Of a stretch of 64,000 nt of DNA, positions 1 through 11,661 are shown piece after piece. This DNA comes from Alphaproteobacteria bacterium. GTDB taxonomy: Bacteria > Pseudomonadota > Alphaproteobacteria > UBA828. The stretch is taken from the NCBI GenBank assembly GCA_965220745.1, contig CBDCQT010000011.1:256001-320000 (forward strand). The letters are read 5' to 3'. The stretch's first letter is position 1; each line of letters starts with the position of its first letter. A program made the position numbers and the translations under genes. The notes under the pieces are model-generated. The model saw only the letters and a program-made list of their open reading frames with translations, did no database searches and had not been told where the DNA came from.

Positions 1-1197
1 CTGCCCCGTTTCAGGCTCGGTAGCGTGTCGCGGGGCAGCGCCGGTGCCGACCGCGACATCGATGTGCGGCTGCTTCGTCCCGAAAACCTGCTCGGTCGCC
101 CGGAGGCCGCGCCCGATCGCGCTGCCATGCGCGCCCTGGTCAACGGCAGGCGGGTCTGCATCACTGGCGCCGGCGGCACCATCGGCGCCGAACTCGCACG
201 GCAAATTGCCCAATACGGGCCTGCACACCTCACCCTGATCGACAACGCCGAGTACAACCTCTACCGGATCAATCTTGAGCTTGAGGAGGCGCAACCGGGG
301 CTCTCGCGCAGCGCCGTGCTCGGCGACGTGCGGGACAGTGACAGCGTGGCTTATACCTTCGCCTCCGCCTGCCCGGAGCTGGTATTCCACGCGGCGGCGC
401 TCAAGCACGTGCACATGGTTGAGGCCAATCCGGACGAGGGGGTGCTTACCAATGCCGTTGGTACGCGCAATGTGGCCGACGCCTGCATTTCGATCGGCGC
501 CCGAGCGATGGTGCTGGTATCGACTGACAAATCGGTCGATCCCATGAGCGTCATGGGCGCGACAAAGCGCATCGCCGAGAGCTACTGCCACGCGCTCGCC
601 CACTCGCAGGCGGCGGGGGACTTGCGGCTGGTGACGGTGCGTTTCGGCAACGTGATCGGCTCCTCCGGCTCGGTCGTGCCGCTCTTCCAGCGTCAGATCG
701 CCACCGGCGGCCCGGTGACCGTCACCGATCCCGATGTTGCGCGCTACTTCATGACGACGCGGGAAGCGGTGCAGCTCCTTCTCCAGGCGTCGGCGCTCGG
801 TGTGGCCGAAGAGGGCGGCGGTATCTTCGTGCTCGATATGGGCGAGCCCATCAAGATCGTCGATCTTGCGCGGCAGATGATCCGTCTCGCCGGGCTAACC
901 CCCGATAAAGATATCGAAATCGTTTACACCGGACTGCGTCCAGGTGAAAAGAAGGGCGAGAGCCTGTTCCATCGGGCCGAGCCCATGGTCGTCACCGAGA
1001 CGCCCGGTATTCTCAGGGCGCGGCCGCGTCCCACCGACATCGCCCTCATGCGGCGCCGGCTCGACCAGCTTGCGGCCGCGGCGCGCGACCGACGCACGCG
1101 CGACACGCTGGCGCTGGTGGCGGCGATGGTGCCCGAGTACGAGCCGAGCGACGGTGCTCTCTCGGCGACGCCTGCTGAATCCGGGCTCGCCCTTTAG
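1..1197 (+). CDS. Polysaccharide biosynthesis nucleotide-sugar 4,6-dehydratase (CapD/PglF-like), 5'-truncated by window edge
   Basis: ITGAGGTIG Rossmann motif, [44 protein letters not shown]; frame is open back to base 1. Confidence 0.88.
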   Translation: MPRFRLGSVSRGSAGADRDIDVRLLRPENLLGRPEAAPDRAAMRALVNGRRVCITGAGGTIGAELARQIAQYGPAHLTLIDNAEYNLYRINLELEEAQPGLSRSAVLGDVRDSDSVAYTFASACPELVFHAAALKHVHMVEANPDEGVLTNAVGTRNVADACISIGARAMVLVSTDKSVDPMSVMGATKRIAESYCHALAHSQAAGDLRLVTVRFGNVIGSSGSVVPLFQRQIATGGPVTVTDPDVARYFMTTREAVQLLLQASALGVAEEGGGIFVLDMGEPIKIVDLARQMIRLAGLTPDKDIEIVYTGLRPGEKKGESLFHRAEPMVVTETPGILRARPRPTDIALMRRRLDQLAAAARDRRTRDTLALVAAMVPEYEPSDGALSATPAESGLAL

Positions 1198-1228
1198 CCG
1201 GCCGCAGCGCTCCAGCAGGAGTCACTCG

Positions 1229-2818
<1,590 letters not shown>

Positions 2819-2830
2819 GGAAGCGCGCCG

Positions 2831-3769
2831 ATGATCGTCGTCTTCGGCTCGCTCAACGCCGACCTCGTATTCGCCGTCGGCGCCCTGCCGCGCCCAGGCG
2901 AAACGGTGCTCTGCCCGGGCCACCAAGCCGCGGCGGGCGGCAAGGGGCTGAACCAGGCGGTCGCCGCGGCGCGGGCCGCGACGGATCCGACGACCTCCGT
3001 GCAGATGGTCGGCCGCGTCGGCCCAGATGGCTTTGCCTCGCTCGCACTCGCGGCCCTGGAGGACGCGGGAGTCGGCACCGAGGCGATCACCGAGAGCGCG
3101 CTGCCGACCGGCTGCGCCGCGGTGATCGTGGACCGCGTGGGCGAAAATCAGATCACCGTGGCAAGCGGCGCCAACACGGACCTGCCGCCGGAGGCGCTGC
3201 CGGACGACTGGCTCGGACCGGAGACGGTGCTCGTGCTGCAGATGGAGGTCCCGCTGGAGTCGAACTGGGCGGTCGCCCGGCGGGCCAAGGCACGGGGCGC
3301 CCAGGTCGTGCTCAATCTGGCCCCGGCCAACACCGTACCGGCCGAGCTGATTCCGTCGTTCGATCTTGTGGTGTTCAACGAAATCGAGGCCGAGATGCTC
3401 GCCCGTGCGCGGGCGCTTGATGACGCCGCTGGCGAGGACGCGGCCCGCGCCATTACCGCGCGCTATGGCGTGACGACGGTGGTGAGCCTCGGCAGCGCCG
3501 GCGCCGCCGCCTTCACGCCTGACGAGGCCTGGCGCTGCGGTGCGCTCGCGATCGAACCCGTAGACACGGTGGGGGCGGGCGATGCCTTCGTCGCCGGCCT
3601 CGCCCTTGGGCTCGAGACGGGGGCGGCACTGCCCGCGATGTTGCACCGGGCGAGCGCCATCGGCGGCCTCGCCTGCTTGCGTGAGGGCGCAGCGCCTGCG
3701 ATGCCGTCCGCAGCCGAGATCGAGGCGCGGCTCGGCGACCTTCCGCCAGCGCAACCTATCCCGTTATGA
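2831..3769 (+). CDS. PfkB-family carbohydrate kinase (ribokinase-like)
   Basis: GSLNADL, GGKGLNQAVAAAR, NEIEA, DTVGAGDAF signatures. Confidence 0.9.
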   Translation: MIVVFGSLNADLVFAVGALPRPGETVLCPGHQAAAGGKGLNQAVAAARAATDPTTSVQMVGRVGPDGFASLALAALEDAGVGTEAITESALPTGCAAVIVDRVGENQITVASGANTDLPPEALPDDWLGPETVLVLQMEVPLESNWAVARRAKARGAQVVLNLAPANTVPAELIPSFDLVVFNEIEAEMLARARALDDAAGEDAARAITARYGVTTVVSLGSAGAAAFTPDEAWRCGALAIEPVDTVGAGDAFVAGLALGLETGAALPAMLHRASAIGGLACLREGAAPAMPSAAEIEARLGDLPPAQPIPL

Positions 3770-4867
3770 GGAGGATGCCTCGGCGGCGCGGTCCGGAAAC
3801 AGGGTCTGCAGGCCCTTCTGGGAGGCTTCGCACACGCCGCGATCGGTGATGAGCGCGGTCACGAGCCGGGCGGGTGTCACGTCGAAGGCATAGTTGGCTG
3901 CCCGGCTACCGGCGGGCGTGAGCGCCACCTTCGTCTCCTGACCCGCTTCGTCGCGCCCTGTGATCGTCAGCACCTCGTCTTCGTCCCGCTGCTCGATGGG
4001 GGTCTCCGCACCGTCCTCCAAGGACCAGTCGATGGTCGGATGGGGCAGCGCGACGTAGAAGGGGACGTCGTTGTCGCTAGCAGCCAAGGCCTTCAGATAG
4101 GTGCCGATCTTGTTGCAGACGTCGCCGCGGGCCGTCGTGCGGTCCGTGCCGGTGATACAGAGATCGACCAAACCGGTCTGCATCAGGTGACCACCGGCGT
4201 TGTCCACGATCACCGTGTGCGGCACACCGTGGCTGGCAAGCTCCCACGCGGTGAGCGCGGAGCCCTGGTTGCGTGGTCGGGTCTCGTCGACCCAGACATG
4301 GACCGCGATCCCCTTGTCGTGGGCCATGTAGAGCGGTGCCAGCGCCGTGCCCCAGTCTACGGTCGCGAGCCAGCCGGCGTTGCAGTGGGTGAGCACGTTG
4401 AGCGTGCCGTCCTTGCCCTCGGCGGCCTGCTCCAACAGGGCGAGACCGTACTCCCCGATCGCCCGATTGATGGCGACGTCTTCGTCGCAGATCTCCGCCG
4501 CCCGCCGGTAGACAGCGGCAGGGCGGTCTGCGGCAGGCAAGGGCCGCAGCCGACGGCCGAGATCCTCCAGCGCCCAGCGCAGGTTGGCCGCCGTCGGCCG
4601 CGTGCCGGCCAGAAGCGTGATGGCGTTCTCCAGGTTTGAATCGCTCGGGTCCTCGGCGAGCGCGAGGGCCATGCCGTAGGCCGCCGTCGCGCCGATAAGC
4701 GGCGCGCCGCGCACCACCATCGTGCTGATGGCGTGTGCGGCCTCCTCGACCGAGCGAAGCCGGCGCGTTCCGAAGTTGTGAGGAAGCCGCGTCTGGTCGA
4801 TGACGACGACCGTGCGGCCGTCCTCGTCCAGCCAAATGCTACGATAGGGCTGGCCGTCGATCTTCAT
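3764..4867 (-). CDS. mtnA: S-methyl-5-thioribose-1-phosphate isomerase
   Basis: MVVRGAPLIG, RPTA, THCNAGWLA, DETRPRNQG, NKIGTY, FDVTP. Confidence 0.95.
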   Translation of the reverse strand: MKIDGQPYRSIWLDEDGRTVVVIDQTRLPHNFGTRRLRSVEEAAHAISTMVVRGAPLIGATAAYGMALALAEDPSDSNLENAITLLAGTRPTAANLRWALEDLGRRLRPLPAADRPAAVYRRAAEICDEDVAINRAIGEYGLALLEQAAEGKDGTLNVLTHCNAGWLATVDWGTALAPLYMAHDKGIAVHVWVDETRPRNQGSALTAWELASHGVPHTVIVDNAGGHLMQTGLVDLCITGTDRTTARGDVCNKIGTYLKALAASDNDVPFYVALPHPTIDWSLEDGAETPIEQRDEDEVLTITGRDEAGQETKVALTPAGSRAANYAFDVTPARLVTALITDRGVCEASQKGLQTLFPDRAAEASSS

Positions 4868-5550
4868 GAGCCACTGCCCGCCTTCGTCATCATATCGTAG
4901 CGCACCCGGTCATGGGCCTCCACCGGGTCCACACCCTGACGCACCGCCTCGATGATGCCCTCCTCGATATTCTTGAAGAGCGTGGCGTGCTCCAGCACCT
5001 CGGCCGCCCGCGCCAGGGGCACGATGCAGACTCCGTTCTCGTCGGCGACGATGATGTCGCCGGGGTCGACCGGGACGCCGCCGAGGCGCACGGGAATGCC
5101 GTAGCCCGCGCAGGCGCAGCGGTTGCGGATCGACTGCTGTATGAAGCCCCGCCCGTAGACCGGCAGGTTCAGTTCCTTGTACTCGTCGATGTCGCGGGTG
5201 ACGCCGTCGATCACCGTGCCAACGAGGCCGAAGTGCCGGGTGGTGAAACCCGCGACGCCGCCGTAGCTGTTCACGTCCATCCGCCCGCCCTGGTCGATCA
5301 CGAGAACGTCGCCGGGATTGCCCAGCTTCACCGCCTCCAAGGTGCCGAGCACCGGCGATTCATCGGCCTGGCCCACCGGCACCAGCTTCAGCGTCGCGGC
5401 AGGGCCTACGATCTTGCCGCAGCTATCCCAGAGCGGGCCGATGCCGTGCGGCGCGCCCGCGATCCCGGCCCGGTCGAGACCATCCGAGACGTTGGCGGTG
5501 GAGAGCCGGCGGAATCCCTCGATGAGGCCCTTGAGGTCGGCGTCGGTCAT
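4864..5550 (-). CDS. RraA-family / HMG-CHA aldolase-like protein
   Basis: TANVSDGL, GPAAT, GDVLVID, VIDGVTRD, PGDIIVADENGV; start re-assigned to ATG at 5550. Confidence 0.85.
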   Translation of the reverse strand: MTDADLKGLIEGFRRLSTANVSDGLDRAGIAGAPHGIGPLWDSCGKIVGPAATLKLVPVGQADESPVLGTLEAVKLGNPGDVLVIDQGGRMDVNSYGGVAGFTTRHFGLVGTVIDGVTRDIDEYKELNLPVYGRGFIQQSIRNRCACAGYGIPVRLGGVPVDPGDIIVADENGVCIVPLARAAEVLEHATLFKNIEEGIIEAVRQGVDPVEAHDRVRYDMMTKAGSGS

Positions 5551-5561
5551 GGTCGCTCCCG

Positions 5562-6497
5562 CTACGATTGCTGCGGCGTGTCGAAGCCCGTCTCCTTGGC
5601 CCGGACCAGCGCCGAGACGAGCGTGTTGTAGGGTGCTTCCAGGCCGAGCGCCAGAGCCTCCGGCGGGATCGCGCCGTTGATCGCGTCGATCTCCGAACGT
5701 CGGCCGGCCATGTGGTCCAGCAGCATGGAGGGGCGGGCGCCGGGAATCTTGGCGCCGAAGTCGTGCACGTAGGCGACGGGATCGTCGAAATCGAGGCGGA
5801 TGCCCTGGGCGCGGGCGACCCGATAGGCCTCCGCCGCGCAACCGGAGGCGATGGGCCAGGCGTCGGCATCCGCCATGATCTCGCCCACGGTGAGCCCCGT
5901 GAGTGTTGCCGTGCCGCTGTAGCAGACGTTGCAGATGAGCTTCTCCCAGACGAGCTGGTCGATATCATCGAAACACTTGACCCTGAAGCCAGACTCCCGC
6001 CAGAGCGCCGCGATGCGCTCCAGCCGGGGCGTCACCGCGCCGTGCGCTTCGCCGAGCCGCACCAGCTCCATGCCGTTGTGGTGAGCGTGGCCGGGCGCCA
6101 CGATCGAGGCGCCGAAGCCCCCGACCACGCCGACGATCACGCGCTGCTCGCCCAGGATGCGCGCGACCTTCGCGGCGCTGCCGAGGCCGTTCTGGATCGA
6201 CAGCACCGGGGTCTCGGGGCCGAGCAGGGCGCGGGCGCCGTTCGCGGCGGCCTCCACCTGCGGCGCCTTGGTCGCGACGATGACGAGATCGCAAGGGCCG
6301 ACGGTCGTGGGGTCGCTGGTCGCACCCAGTGCCACCGTGCGATCGCCGCTCGCGCCCTCGAGCCGGAGCCCCTTGGCGGCGATGGCGTCGACATGCGCCT
6401 GCCAGGTGTCGATCGCCCAGACCTCGTTGCCAGCATCCGCCATGAGCGCCGCGTAGACGCAGCCCATGGCCCCGGCTCCGACGATTCCGATCTTCAT
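5562..6497 (-). CDS. panE: 2-dehydropantoate 2-reductase (ketopantoate reductase family)
   Basis: GAGAMG, ATKA, QNGLG, WEKLICN, SMLLDH..GRRSEIDAING. Confidence 0.85.
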   Translation of the reverse strand: MKIGIVGAGAMGCVYAALMADAGNEVWAIDTWQAHVDAIAAKGLRLEGASGDRTVALGATSDPTTVGPCDLVIVATKAPQVEAAANGARALLGPETPVLSIQNGLGSAAKVARILGEQRVIVGVVGGFGASIVAPGHAHHNGMELVRLGEAHGAVTPRLERIAALWRESGFRVKCFDDIDQLVWEKLICNVCYSGTATLTGLTVGEIMADADAWPIASGCAAEAYRVARAQGIRLDFDDPVAYVHDFGAKIPGARPSMLLDHMAGRRSEIDAINGAIPPEALALGLEAPYNTLVSALVRAKETGFDTPQQS

Positions 6498-6517
6498 GGC
6501 TCGATGCTCCGTTGGTT

Positions 6518-7252
6518 TCAGTTGCTGGCAGGAGCGCCGGAGGCCGGGCCGATGCGCGCGCCGTGCTCTTCGCAGGACGCTTCGGACAGTGCGACGAAGG
6601 GCTCGGTCACGTCGTCCGGCGCGGGCAGCTTGGCCGGGTCCTCGCCGGGATAGGCGCGGCGGCGGAGTTCTGTCGCCACCGGGCCGGGATCGAGCAGGTT
6701 GACCCGAAGCGCGCTCCGCCAGGTTTCCGCCGCGTAGCAGCGCACCAGCGCCTCCAATCCGGCCTTGCTCGCCGCATAGGGACCCCAGAAGGCGGGCGCG
6801 GTCTCAGCCGCGGCGGCGGAGACGAAGATCGCCCGGCCCGCAGGCGAGGCGCGCAGCAGGGGATCGAGACTGCGGATCAGGCGCCAGTTGGCACCCAGGT
6901 TGAGCCCGAGCGTCTGCTCCCAGTCATCAGGGGCGTAGTGCCCCACCGGGCTTAGCTGCCCCAATGTGCCGGCGTTGGCGACGAGGATGTCGAGGCGGCC
7001 GAAACGCTCGGCCAGAGCGCCGCCCAGCCGGTCGATCTGCTCACCGTCGTGCAGGTCCATCGGCACCAGCGTCGCGGGCTCGCCTGCCGCGCGCTGCACG
7101 GCGTCATCCACCTCCTCCAACCCGCCCGTGGTGCGAGCCACGAGGATGAGCCGCGCGCCTTCGACGGCGAAGCGGCGGGCGACGGCCGCGCCGATGCCGC
7201 GAGAGGCACCGGTCACGAGCGCGATCCGGCCTTCGAGACGCGGTGGCGCCAC
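6518..7252 (-). CDS. SDR-family oxidoreductase (YciK-like)
   Basis: TGASRGIG, ANAG, YAASK; probable GTG start at 7252 just downstream of purF. Confidence 0.85.
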   Translation of the reverse strand: MAPPRLEGRIALVTGASRGIGAAVARRFAVEGARLILVARTTGGLEEVDDAVQRAAGEPATLVPMDLHDGEQIDRLGGALAERFGRLDILVANAGTLGQLSPVGHYAPDDWEQTLGLNLGANWRLIRSLDPLLRASPAGRAIFVSAAAAETAPAFWGPYAASKAGLEALVRCYAAETWRSALRVNLLDPGPVATELRRRAYPGEDPAKLPAPDDVTEPFVALSEASCEEHGARIGPASGAPASN

Positions 7253-7260
7253 GATGCCGG

Positions 7261-8742
7261 CTAGCCCGATTCCGCGAGCAGGGAGAGCTGCGCCGGTGGC
7301 TCTCCAACCTGTTGATCCGAAAGCGGGATCGGGTAGTCGCCGGAGAAGCAAGCGTCGCAATAGCGCGGACGCGCCGGATCGCGGCCCGGCTCGCCCATGG
7401 CCCGGTAGAGGCCGTCGATCGAGAGGAAGGCGAGGCTGTCGACGCCAATCGAGTGCGCCATGGCGTCCACGTCGCGACGCGCGGCCAGGAGCTTCTCGCG
7501 CGCCGGCGTATCCACGCCGTAGAAGCAGGAATGAGCGGTCGGCGGGCTCGCGATCCGCATGTGGACTGCCGCCGCACCCGCCGAGCGCACCATCTCCACG
7601 ATCTTGGTCGACGTGGTGCCGCGTACGATGCTGTCGTCGACCAGCACCACCCGCCGGCCTTCGATGAGGCGGCGGTTGGCGTTGTGCTTGAGCTTGACGC
7701 CGAGGTGCCTGATCCGGTCGGTGGGCTCGATGAAGGTGCGCCCGACGTAGTGGTTGCGAATGATGCCGAGCTCGAAGGGGAGGCCAGCCTCGGCGGCATA
7801 GCCGATCGCGGCCGGCACGCCGGAGTCGGGCACCGGCACCGCCACATCGGCCGGCGCCGGCGCCTCTCGGGCGAGCTCGGCGCCAATGCGTTGCCTCGCC
7901 TCGTAGACCCCGATCCCTTCGGAGACGCTGTCGGGCCGCGCGAAGTAGATGTACTCGAAGATGCAGAAGCGCTGCCCGGTGGAGCGGAACGGCTTGATGC
8001 TCTCCACGCCCGCGTCAGAGACGATGACCAGCTCTCCGGGCTCGATATCGCGCACGAACTGGGCGCCGATGATGTCGAACGCCACCGTTTCCGACGCCAG
8101 AATCATCGCGCCGTCGAGCTGGCCCAGCACCAGCGGGCGCACGCCGTAGGGGTCGCGGACGCCGATCATGGCGTCCTTGGTGAGCGCCACCAGCGAATAG
8201 GCGCCGTGCACGCGTCCCAGGGCCTCGATCATGCGCTCGACCACGCGCGCGCGACGGCTGATGGCGATCAGGTGGACGATCACCTCGGTGTCGGAGGTGG
8301 ACTGGAAGATGCAGCCGCGCGAGACGAGATCGCCGCGGAGCGAAAGCGCGTTGGTGAGATTGCCGTTGTGCGCGATGCTGAGCCCGCCGAAGGCGAGGTC
8401 GGCGAAAAGCGGCTGGATGTTGCGTACCTCCGGCGCGCCCTGGGTGGAGTACCGGTTGTGGCCGATGGCGGCATGGCCCTCCAGCGCGTCGATCACCTCG
8501 CCCGAGGAGAAGATGTCGCCGACCCGGCCAAGCGCCCGGTGCGAGTGGAAGAGCGTGCCGTCGGTGCTGACGATTCCGGCCGATTCCTGCCCCCGGTGCT
8601 GCAGCGCGTGCAGGCCGAGTGCCGCGTGGGCCGCGGCGTCGGGGTGGCCGAAGATGCCGAAGACCCCGCATTCCTCGCGCAGCTTGTCGTCGTCGGGCGC
8701 GACACCCACGGCCGCGGCGCCCGTCCAGGCTGCCGCCATCAC
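7261..8742 (-). CDS. purF: Amidophosphoribosyltransferase
   Basis: EECGVFG propeptide/Cys1, QHRGQES, HNGN, CIFEYIYFARPD, VDDSIVRGTT. Confidence 0.97.
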   Translation of the reverse strand: MMAAAWTGAAAVGVAPDDDKLREECGVFGIFGHPDAAAHAALGLHALQHRGQESAGIVSTDGTLFHSHRALGRVGDIFSSGEVIDALEGHAAIGHNRYSTQGAPEVRNIQPLFADLAFGGLSIAHNGNLTNALSLRGDLVSRGCIFQSTSDTEVIVHLIAISRRARVVERMIEALGRVHGAYSLVALTKDAMIGVRDPYGVRPLVLGQLDGAMILASETVAFDIIGAQFVRDIEPGELVIVSDAGVESIKPFRSTGQRFCIFEYIYFARPDSVSEGIGVYEARQRIGAELAREAPAPADVAVPVPDSGVPAAIGYAAEAGLPFELGIIRNHYVGRTFIEPTDRIRHLGVKLKHNANRRLIEGRRVVLVDDSIVRGTTSTKIVEMVRSAGAAAVHMRIASPPTAHSCFYGVDTPAREKLLAARRDVDAMAHSIGVDSLAFLSIDGLYRAMGEPGRDPARPRYCDACFSGDYPIPLSDQQVGEPPAQLSLLAESG

Positions 8743-9401
8743 TCGACGCTTTCGCTCAGGCCGTCGAGCTGGTTCCGCTCGCGGTCGCTGTAGCCGGTCT
8801 CGCCGTCCTCTTCGCGTCGCTCGGCAGGCACGGGCTCGGTCAGCTCCTTCACGCTTCGCTCCCGGCCATCCTCGAAAGTCTCCTCGATGTGCCGGGTGCC
8901 TTCCTCGGCGACCTCCTCGGGGACCACCTCGCGCAGCGCAGCCACGCCCTGCTTGATATACGGCAAGGTCCTGGCCTCGTCGACCCAGGGCGGCCAGTCG
9001 CTTTGCGGCACCACCGAGCCGAACAGCATGTAGGCGATGCAGACCAGCGCCGCGCCGCGCAGGATGCCGAAGATGAACCCGAGAGTGCGGTCCAGCGCCC
9101 CGCCGCGGCTGCGCTGGATGCGGCCGGAGATGATCTGGTTGATGATGGTGAGGATCACCAGCACGACGACGAAGACCGCAACGCCGGCGACCACGTCGGC
9201 GATCAGCATGGAGTCCGGGATCAGGTCGCGGGCGATTGGCCGTGTATGGGGAAAGGCGAAGAAGGTCGCGACGCCCGCGCCGACCCAGGCCCCGATACCG
9301 AGAATCTCCCGCGCTGCGCCCCGGCCGAAGGCGAGCAGCGCCGAGAGGACGATGATCAGCGCCACCAGGATGTCGATCAGATTGACCGGCAGGTCTTCCA
9401 T
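8739..9401 (-). CDS. cvpA: CvpA (colicin V production) family membrane protein
   Basis: Hydrophobic helices, RG..RE, DRTLGFIFGILRG; conserved radA-cvpA-purF order; ATG at 9401. Confidence 0.9.
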   Translation of the reverse strand: MEDLPVNLIDILVALIIVLSALLAFGRGAAREILGIGAWVGAGVATFFAFPHTRPIARDLIPDSMLIADVVAGVAVFVVVLVILTIINQIISGRIQRSRGGALDRTLGFIFGILRGAALVCIAYMLFGSVVPQSDWPPWVDEARTLPYIKQGVAALREVVPEEVAEEGTRHIEETFEDGRERSVKELTEPVPAERREEDGETGYSDRERNQLDGLSESVE

Positions 9402-9414
9402 TCTGCCTCGATCG

Positions 9415-10803
9415 TCAGCGCGCGGGCCCCGCCTCCAGTGGGAGGAGCGCCACCAGGTCGCGCACATGGGTGAGCCGCCGCACCGCGATCCCCTGGCCCT
9501 CTCCCTCGCCTCCCTTCGCGCGGTCCGGCACCGGTGCAAGCGCATGGGTGAAGCCGAGCTTCGCGGCCTCCTTGAGCCTGGCCTCGCCCTGGCTCACCGG
9601 GCGAATCTCGCCGCCGAGCCCGACCTCGCCGAAGATGACGGCGCCGTGGTCGAGAGCCCGGCCCGCTGCGGACGAGGCAAGCGCGGCCGCAACCGCGAGG
9701 TCGGCCGCGGGCTCGGTGATGCGCAAGCCGCCGGCGACGTTGAGATAGACGTCGCAGACGCTGAGCCGAAGCCCCGCACGGGCCTCCAGAACAGCGAGCA
9801 CCATGGCGAGCCGGCCGGCGTCCCAGCCCACCACGGTGCGACGGGGCGAGCCCGCCGGCCCCGGCGCCACCAAGGCCTGAATTTCCACCAGAACGGGCCG
9901 CGAGCCCTCGACCCCGGCGAACACTGCGGCACCGGGTACCGGGCCCCGTTCGGGATCGACGAACAGGCTGGAGGGGTTGGGAATTTCCACGAGGCCGCGG
10001 TCGGTCATCTCGAAGACGCCGATCTCGTCGGTCGGCCCGAAGCGGTTCTTGATGGCGCGCACGATGCGGAACTGGTGACCGCGCTCGCCCTCGAAATAGA
10101 GCACGCAGTCGACCATGTGCTCGAGCACGCGGGGACCCGCGATCTGCCCCTCCTTGGTGACGTGACCGACCAGCACGAGCACCGTGCCGGTGCGCTTGGC
10201 GAGCCGGATCAGCTCCTGGGCGGAGCCCCGCACCTGGGCCACCGTCCCCGGTGCCGAATCCAGGTTGTCGAGGTACATGGTCTGGATCGAATCGATCACC
10301 ACCATGTCGGGCGGCGACCCCTCCTCCAGGCTTGTCACGATGTCGCGCACGTCGATGGCCGCCGCCAGCCCGATCGGCGCGCCCGCGAGGCGGAGCCGAG
10401 CCGCGCGCATGCGGATCTGCTCCAGGCCCTCTTCGCCCGAGATGTAGGCGGCGGGACTGCCCCCGCCGGTCAGTGCGGCCACGACTTGCAGGAGCAAGGT
10501 GGACTTGCCGATACCCGGATCGCCGGCGAGCAGGACGGCTGAGCCCGGCACGAAGCCGCCGCCCACGACCCGGTCGATCTCGCCGATCCCGCAGGGTCGT
10601 CGGGTTAGCACGCCGCCCGGTCCGTCGAGGGGCTGAAAATCGATCACGCGGCCCTTGCCGCTGCCGAGGCCGCGCGGCGGTGCCTCGCGCGGCACCTCCT
10701 CCGAGAGGCTGTTCCACGCGCCGCAGGCGTCGCAACGGCCGGTCCAGCGCGGCCGCGAGGCACCGCAGTCGCTGCAGACGAAGCGCTTCTCTGCCTTCGC
10801 CAC
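9415..10803 (-). CDS. radA: DNA repair protein RadA/Sms
   Basis: CxxC..CxxC zinc finger, GDPGIGKSTLLLQ, KNRFG motif. Confidence 0.97.
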   Translation of the reverse strand: MAKAEKRFVCSDCGASRPRWTGRCDACGAWNSLSEEVPREAPPRGLGSGKGRVIDFQPLDGPGGVLTRRPCGIGEIDRVVGGGFVPGSAVLLAGDPGIGKSTLLLQVVAALTGGGSPAAYISGEEGLEQIRMRAARLRLAGAPIGLAAAIDVRDIVTSLEEGSPPDMVVIDSIQTMYLDNLDSAPGTVAQVRGSAQELIRLAKRTGTVLVLVGHVTKEGQIAGPRVLEHMVDCVLYFEGERGHQFRIVRAIKNRFGPTDEIGVFEMTDRGLVEIPNPSSLFVDPERGPVPGAAVFAGVEGSRPVLVEIQALVAPGPAGSPRRTVVGWDAGRLAMVLAVLEARAGLRLSVCDVYLNVAGGLRITEPAADLAVAAALASSAAGRALDHGAVIFGEVGLGGEIRPVSQGEARLKEAAKLGFTHALAPVPDRAKGGEGEGQGIAVRRLTHVRDLVALLPLEAGPAR

Positions 10804-10845
10804 CGGTTCTCTCAGCGGGACCGCTGTGCGGGCGCCGCGCGCCGT

Positions 10846-11661
10846 TCAGCCGGCCGCGGCATGGGCGACCGCGAGCTGAATCGGGCCCTCTGCCCGGCCG
10901 TTGACGAATTGCTCCACATGCGCATTCCCGCTGCTGTCGATCTCGGCGGCGGATCCCTGCCAAACGATCGCACCGTCGTGGATCATGGCGATTCGGTCGG
11001 CGATCTTGCGTGCGCTCCTCATGTCGTGGGTGATGGTGAGCGCGGTTGCGCCGAGCTCGTGCGTGCAGGTGACGATCAGGTCGTTGATGACATCGGCCAT
11101 GATCGGGTCGAGTCCGGTCGTGGGCTCGTCGAAAAGAATGATCTCGGGCTTGGTGGCGATGGCGCGGGCGAGCCCGACCCGCTTGCGCATGCCGCCGGAG
11201 AGCGCGGCGGGGTAGAGATCGGCCGAGTCCGCGTCGAGGCCCACTTGGGCCATTGTCTCTATGGCGAGCCCGCGCGCCTGCCTGCGAGGCATGCCCCGCG
11301 CCTGGATCAGACCGAAGGCGACGTTCTCCCACACCGAGAGGCTGTCGAAGAGCGCTGCGTTCTGAAACAACATGCCGATCTTGCGCATGGCGGCCTCGCG
11401 CGCGGTTCGGCTGCGGGAAAGCTCCTCGCCGTTGATGGTCACGCTTCCCGCATCCGGGCGCAGCAGGCCCAGCAGGCACTTGAGCATGACCGATTTGCCG
11501 ACGCCCGAGCAGCCGATCACCACCACCGATTCCCCGGCACCGATCTCGAGGTCGAGGCCGTCGAGCACGACCGTGCCGCCGAACGCCTTGCAGAGGCCGC
11601 GCAGGGCGATCTTGGGCTCGTTCGTGCCGTGCCCGTTGTGAGCGCTTGCCTGCGTGCTCAT
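10846..11661 (-). CDS. mlaF: ABC transporter ATP-binding protein, MlaF/Mkl family
   Basis: Walker A GCSGVGKS, LSGGMRKRVGLARA, DEPTTGLDP; coupled to mlaE. Confidence 0.88.
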   Translation of the reverse strand: MSTQASAHNGHGTNEPKIALRGLCKAFGGTVVLDGLDLEIGAGESVVVIGCSGVGKSVMLKCLLGLLRPDAGSVTINGEELSRSRTAREAAMRKIGMLFQNAALFDSLSVWENVAFGLIQARGMPRRQARGLAIETMAQVGLDADSADLYPAALSGGMRKRVGLARAIATKPEIILFDEPTTGLDPIMADVINDLIVTCTHELGATALTITHDMRSARKIADRIAMIHDGAIVWQGSAAEIDSSGNAHVEQFVNGRAEGPIQLAVAHAAAG

